From: Planctomycetota bacterium
GTDB lineage: Bacteria; Planctomycetota; PLA2; JAEUHO01
DNA length: 53,027 nt
Reading direction: 5' to 3'
NCBI GenBank assembly: GCA_050248855.1
Contig: JBFWRP010000015.1
Location: 40,508 to 93,534, forward strand
The translations under genes and the position numbers were made by a program. Of this stretch, positions 49,099-53,027 are shown piece after piece. The notes under the pieces were generated by a model. That model saw only the letters and a program-made list of their open reading frames with translations. It did not search any database and had not been told where the DNA came from. Each line of letters starts with the position of its first letter. The stretch's first letter is position 1.

Positions 49099-50649
49099 GT
49101 GCCCTTGCGCGTCCGACGCCAGCTGGCCCGACTCTCGGTGGCGTTGTTGCTGGCCGGCACCTTGGCCACCTGTGCGCGCAACCCCCGGGTGCTCGAGCGC
49201 GGACGTCGAGCCGAAGCCGCCGCTCCACCCGTGTCGTTGGCCGTCGACGACGAACACCCCCTGCGCGACGCGCACGCTTGGCAGCTTGCCAGCCCCCGGA
49301 TGCGCACCGAGGCACTCCAGCTCCTGCGCGGCGTGCTGGAGCAACAGCGCGCGTACCTGCACGCGGCGCTGGAGACCAAGGCCGAGTCCCGCTCGCGCGC
49401 GGCGCACGCGACGGCGGACGGCGCCCTCTTCCTCGTGGGCGTGATGGCGCTGGGGCTGTTCCTCGTGCCCTTCGTTCCCTGGCGCCGCGCACGCGGGCGA
49501 CGGCGCGCGGCCCTGCTGGGCGCGCTCGCGGCCTTCGCGATCGTGGTCGCGGGCCTGCTCGTCTCCAGCCGGCTGCTGGCGCTGTTGCTCGATGCCAGCC
49601 GTGCGGCCAGTCGTGGGCTCGACCCCCAACACGCCGTGCTCGATGCAGGCTTCGACCTGGTGGAGGAGCAGCTTCGGGCTCACGTCGACCATGCCGAAGG
49701 CGCCTCCAGCCTGCCCTTGGCACCCGCGTTGGCAGGCGGGGCCGAGCCGGGCCGTCCCGACTTCCTGGGCGGCCTGCTTGCCAACCTCGCGTACCTGGAC
49801 ATCGAAAGCCTGACGTGGTCGGCCCGCATGCTGCACGTCGGCCATCGACTGCTCGACCAGATGCCCCACGTCGTACCGTTCCTGGTCGTCTTGCTCTTCC
49901 TCCTGTCGCTTCGCGAAGTCCTGGGTGACGTCGTGCGCTTGCCGCTCGATGCCGCGGCCGGCCAGCGGGGGCGTACGCGGCAAGCCGTCCGGCGCCTTGG
50001 CGGACGGCTCGGACGCGAGTTCCTGGCGGTGGCGGGCGCCGTGCTCGTCCTGCTCCTGCTGGCGGCCTCGTTGCACGGGGCCGTGCGCATCCTCGCGACC
50101 GCCGCGACGCGCCTGGAGGTTCGGGCGCTGGACCACCTGGCCGTCGGGATGGCGGGCCTGGACCGCCCCCCGGACGGCTTCCTGGTCAGCGTGGGGGCCT
50201 TGGCCGTGCCCGTGTTCCTGCTGGCAGGGCTCGGGCTTGCGGCGTTCGGCACGGCGCTCGTGACCCTGCATGCGCGGCGCATCCTCCGTGCCCGCGTCCA
50301 CCGCGGCGTGCCGCTCCGCCAGCATCCGCATTTCGCGCGCGGCGCGGCGCTTGCCACCCTCCGCCTGCACTGGACGCCGGCGATCGTGGCAACCCTCGTA
50401 CTCGTGCTGGCCGAGCGCGGCGCCTTCAGCCGGGGCGCGAACGACCCGGCGCTGGGTTTCGAGGCCCTCGGCCGGTTGGCCTGGGCCTTGGGACTCGCCG
50501 CGGTGGGAGGCGGCCTGGTCCTGGGCGTGCTGCCCGCGGTCCTCTGGCTGCTGCGCTTCCGGCTCGGTCAGCCCGTCGCGGTCGCGGCGCCCGGGGACGA
50601 AGGATCCACCCGCAAGGCAACGGGCGCCGCGCCGACGCACACGGCGTAG
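49099..50649 (+). CDS. Multi-pass membrane hypothetical protein
   Basis: 516-aa ORF with multiple hydrophobic segments; no recognised family. Confidence 0.6.
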   Translation: MPLRVRRQLARLSVALLLAGTLATCARNPRVLERGRRAEAAAPPVSLAVDDEHPLRDAHAWQLASPRMRTEALQLLRGVLEQQRAYLHAALETKAESRSRAAHATADGALFLVGVMALGLFLVPFVPWRRARGRRRAALLGALAAFAIVVAGLLVSSRLLALLLDASRAASRGLDPQHAVLDAGFDLVEEQLRAHVDHAEGASSLPLAPALAGGAEPGRPDFLGGLLANLAYLDIESLTWSARMLHVGHRLLDQMPHVVPFLVVLLFLLSLREVLGDVVRLPLDAAAGQRGRTRQAVRRLGGRLGREFLAVAGAVLVLLLLAASLHGAVRILATAATRLEVRALDHLAVGMAGLDRPPDGFLVSVGALAVPVFLLAGLGLAAFGTALVTLHARRILRARVHRGVPLRQHPHFARGAALATLRLHWTPAIVATLVLVLAERGAFSRGANDPALGFEALGRLAWALGLAAVGGGLVLGVLPAVLWLLRFRLGQPVAVAAPGDEGSTRKATGAAPTHTA

Positions 50650-50658
50650 CATCCTCGC

Positions 50659-51795
50659 GTGCGTTGCCGCGCGCTCACGAGCCTCGTTGCCTGTCTGTTG
50701 CTGCTCGCCATGGCGGGCACGGCGACGCGTGCCGACGACGACGTCGTTCCCGCCGCGACCGTGCCCGTCGTCCGCGTGCCGCTGGCAGGGCCCTGGGCGG
50801 CGGCCGACGCCGAGGTGTCGGGGCTTTCGTGGGCACCGGGGCCCGACGGGACGCCCGTGTTGCTCTGGCTGGCCGAGGAACCGATCGCACTGGACGACGG
50901 CACGCGCACGCCGCTGGCATGGGCGGGACGCGACGACGTGGTGGCCGCGATCGCTCGCGCCGTGCGCGGGGAGGCCGGGCCTGCGCTCGAGCCGCGTCCG
51001 GTGCGCTGGGTCCTGCCGCCCGCGCTGGCGGCGCGCGAGGGGCGCACCGCCGAGGCGGGCTTCGAGGCGGTCGCCGTGATGGGCGATCGCCTGGCCGTCG
51101 CGCGCGAACAAGGCGGCGAGGATGGCGGCACGCTCCTGCTCGAGGGGCGCCTCTGCGTGCTGGACGGTCGCTACGCGGCCGTCTGCGATACGGCGCGCGA
51201 CGTGCCGGCGCCCGACGTGCCGCCGGGGCTGGCGCCCGAGGACGTGCGCGACGTCCGCCGCAACAAGTCCTACGAGGCCCTCGTCGCGTGTCCTGCCGGA
51301 TGGCTGCTGCTGCACGAGTGCGGGGGTGCGGCCTTCGTGCCCGCGCGCCGGGGTGCGCCGCGCCCGGTGCCGATGTCGCCCTTGCCCTATCGCCTGACCG
51401 ACGCGAGCGCCCGCGGGCGTGACGGACGGTTCCAGGTGATCAGCTACCACTTCCGCGGGCGCGAGTGCCTGCCGGACGTCGAGGAGCTGGCGCGCGACCA
51501 ACGCCGCGGCGGCACCCCGCCCGGCGGGGAGCACGTCGAGCGCCTCGTCGAGCTGACGTTCGACGCCCGCGGCGTGCATCGCACCCACGCGCCACCCGTC
51601 TGGCTCCGGCTCGAGCCCGAAGCCCGCAACTGGGAGGGCCTCGTCCGCCTCGATGCGCGCGACGTGGGCCTGACGGGTGTGCTCGTGGTCACCGACCGCT
51701 GGCCGTTGGCTGCCGAGGGGACCCTCTTCGCCTACGTGCCCGTCCCGCGCGACGCTACGTCGGCGTGTCGTCCTCGGCGTCTTCGTCGTCGGTGA
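50659..51795 (+). CDS. Secreted hypothetical protein (propeller/phytase-like motifs)
   Basis: Signal peptide; AEVSGLSW, GFEAVAV, NKSYEAL, RNWEGLVRL, VVTD motifs. Confidence 0.65.
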   Translation: MRCRALTSLVACLLLLAMAGTATRADDDVVPAATVPVVRVPLAGPWAAADAEVSGLSWAPGPDGTPVLLWLAEEPIALDDGTRTPLAWAGRDDVVAAIARAVRGEAGPALEPRPVRWVLPPALAAREGRTAEAGFEAVAVMGDRLAVAREQGGEDGGTLLLEGRLCVLDGRYAAVCDTARDVPAPDVPPGLAPEDVRDVRRNKSYEALVACPAGWLLLHECGGAAFVPARRGAPRPVPMSPLPYRLTDASARGRDGRFQVISYHFRGRECLPDVEELARDQRRGGTPPGGEHVERLVELTFDARGVHRTHAPPVWLRLEPEARNWEGLVRLDARDVGLTGVLVVTDRWPLAAEGTLFAYVPVPRDATSACRPRRLRRR

Positions 51796-52672
51796 CGATG
51801 CGGTTGCGCGTGCGCTTGGCGCGCGCCAAGCGCTCGTTGGCCTTGTCGAACAGTGCGCCGCGCTCCTCGGCCTCCTGGGGATAGAGCGCCAGACCGCCGG
51901 ACACGGTGATCGACACCTCGGTGCCCGGCACGACCGTCACCGGCGCCGCGCGTACGAGCTCGCGCGCTCGCTCGAGCGCATCCGTGCCGCGCGCGCGCGC
52001 CTCTTCGATGTCCTCCGGCAGGCCGGCCAGCAGCACGGCGAACTCCTCGCCGCCCCAGCGCGCGACGACGTCCGTGACGCGGAAGGCCTCGCGGAGTCGG
52101 CGCGCCACCTCGCGCAGCACCTCGTCCGCCGCGCGGTAGCCCAGGCTGGTGTTGACGCGCTTGAACCGGTCCACGTCGAGCAGGCCCAGGCCGAGCGTGC
52201 GGCCCTCGCGCCGGGCGCGTGACATCTCGCGGGACAACCCCAGCTCGTACGCCCCGCGGTTGGGCAGCCCCGTCAGCGGGTCCGCGGCGTCGGATCGCAA
52301 GAGGGCGCGCGCCAGCAGGCGCAGCTCGGCCGGGAAGAACGGCTCGGACAACGTGGCGTCGGCCCCGGCTTCGAGGAAGCGCGCGACGTCACCGCGTCGT
52401 CCCTCCGGCACCAGCAGCAGCACGCGCAGGTCCGGCGAGATCCGGCGCAGCTCGCGCAGGAAGGCGCGGTCCCTACGGGCCATGCCCGCGAGCGAGACGA
52501 CGATCAGGTTGGCCGGTCGGCGCAGGAACAGCGTGACCGCTTCGAAGGGCCCGCGGGCCTCCGTCACGTCCATCCCCTCGGCACGCAGCGCGCGCGCCAC
52601 CGTCGTGCGTCCGCGGCCCTGCGGCACGATGACCAGGGCATGCAGGCGGCGCGGGCCGGATGTCGTGGCCAG
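51755..52672 (-). CDS. Diguanylate cyclase with atypical receiver-like domain
   Basis: DPLTGLPNR, DVDRFKRVN, RVTD I-site, RWGGEEF. Start codon uncertain. Confidence 0.88.
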   Translation of the reverse strand: MATTSGPRRLHALVIVPQGRGRTTVARALRAEGMDVTEARGPFEAVTLFLRRPANLIVVSLAGMARRDRAFLRELRRISPDLRVLLLVPEGRRGDVARFLEAGADATLSEPFFPAELRLLARALLRSDAADPLTGLPNRGAYELGLSREMSRARREGRTLGLGLLDVDRFKRVNTSLGYRAADEVLREVARRLREAFRVTDVVARWGGEEFAVLLAGLPEDIEEARARGTDALERARELVRAAPVTVVPGTEVSITVSGGLALYPQEAEERGALFDKANERLARAKRTRNRIVTDDEDAEDDTPT

Positions 52673-52867
52673 GGAACCCCCCCCTGGAGGGCCGGGCCGG
52701 GGGTGACGGCCGGGCGCGCTCCGGGCGCGCCGGACCGCAAGGGTCGTGCCGTCGGGGGCCAGGCCGGATCGATGGGCCTTGGCGGAGGGCAAGGACCGCC
52801 GCCGTGTCCACGCTGATGGACGTGGCTCCTGCAACGTCCTCTGGCTTGCGCGGCGCCGTGGACATGC

Positions 52868-52897
52868 AAACGGCCGGGTGCTTGCGCACCCGGCCGT
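52868..52897 (-). terminator. Intrinsic terminator
   Basis: On the minus strand: 12-bp stem ACGGCCGGGTGC-GCAA-GCACCCGGCCGT followed by a short T run. Confidence 0.65.
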
Positions 52898-52951
52898 CGG
52901 TTGGGGACTCGCTCCCGGGGAATCGGGAGCGAGCGTGAGCGGGCTGGGGTC

Positions 52952-53027
52952 CTACCAGCTGCGATCGCGGTCACGACCGCCGCGGCCACCGCCGCCGCCG
53001 CCGCCGTAGCCACCACCGCCGCCGCCG
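52952..53027 (-). CDS. C-terminal fragment of a glycine-rich protein, probably an RRM RNA-binding protein (runs off the window)
   Basis: GGGGGGYGGGGGGGRGGRDRDRSW* tail followed by terminator hairpins. Confidence 0.55.
   Translation of the reverse strand, partial: GGGGGGYGGGGGGGRGGRDRDRSW

Overview
A very GC-rich, gene-dense bacterial chromosomal segment, most likely Planctomycetota (inferred from the DUF1549/DUF1553 + DUF1501 gene pair). It carries about 40 housekeeping and accessory genes, and I found no rRNA, tRNA or CRISPR array. Highlights: (1) an AhpD/CMD-like peroxidase that the ORF track splits at an in-frame TGA, with a CxxU motif and a bacterial SECIS-like hairpin, so probably a selenoprotein (12562-13155); (2) a C39-like peptidase translationally coupled to a single polypeptide fusing an RLAN/RimK-like ATP-grasp ligase to a GCS2-type carboxylate-amine ligase (47435-43795); (3) a complete IS4-family element with perfect terminal inverted repeats and a target duplication, inserted in the loop of a hairpin inside a dispersed modular repeat; (4) several REP/MITE-like inverted-repeat elements, one containing what looks like the decayed 5' end of a REP-associated tyrosine transposase (RAYT); (5) a recurring TANNNT box 6-8 nt before many start codons, suggesting leaderless mRNAs. 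All calls come from motif recognition by eye; no database searches were run.
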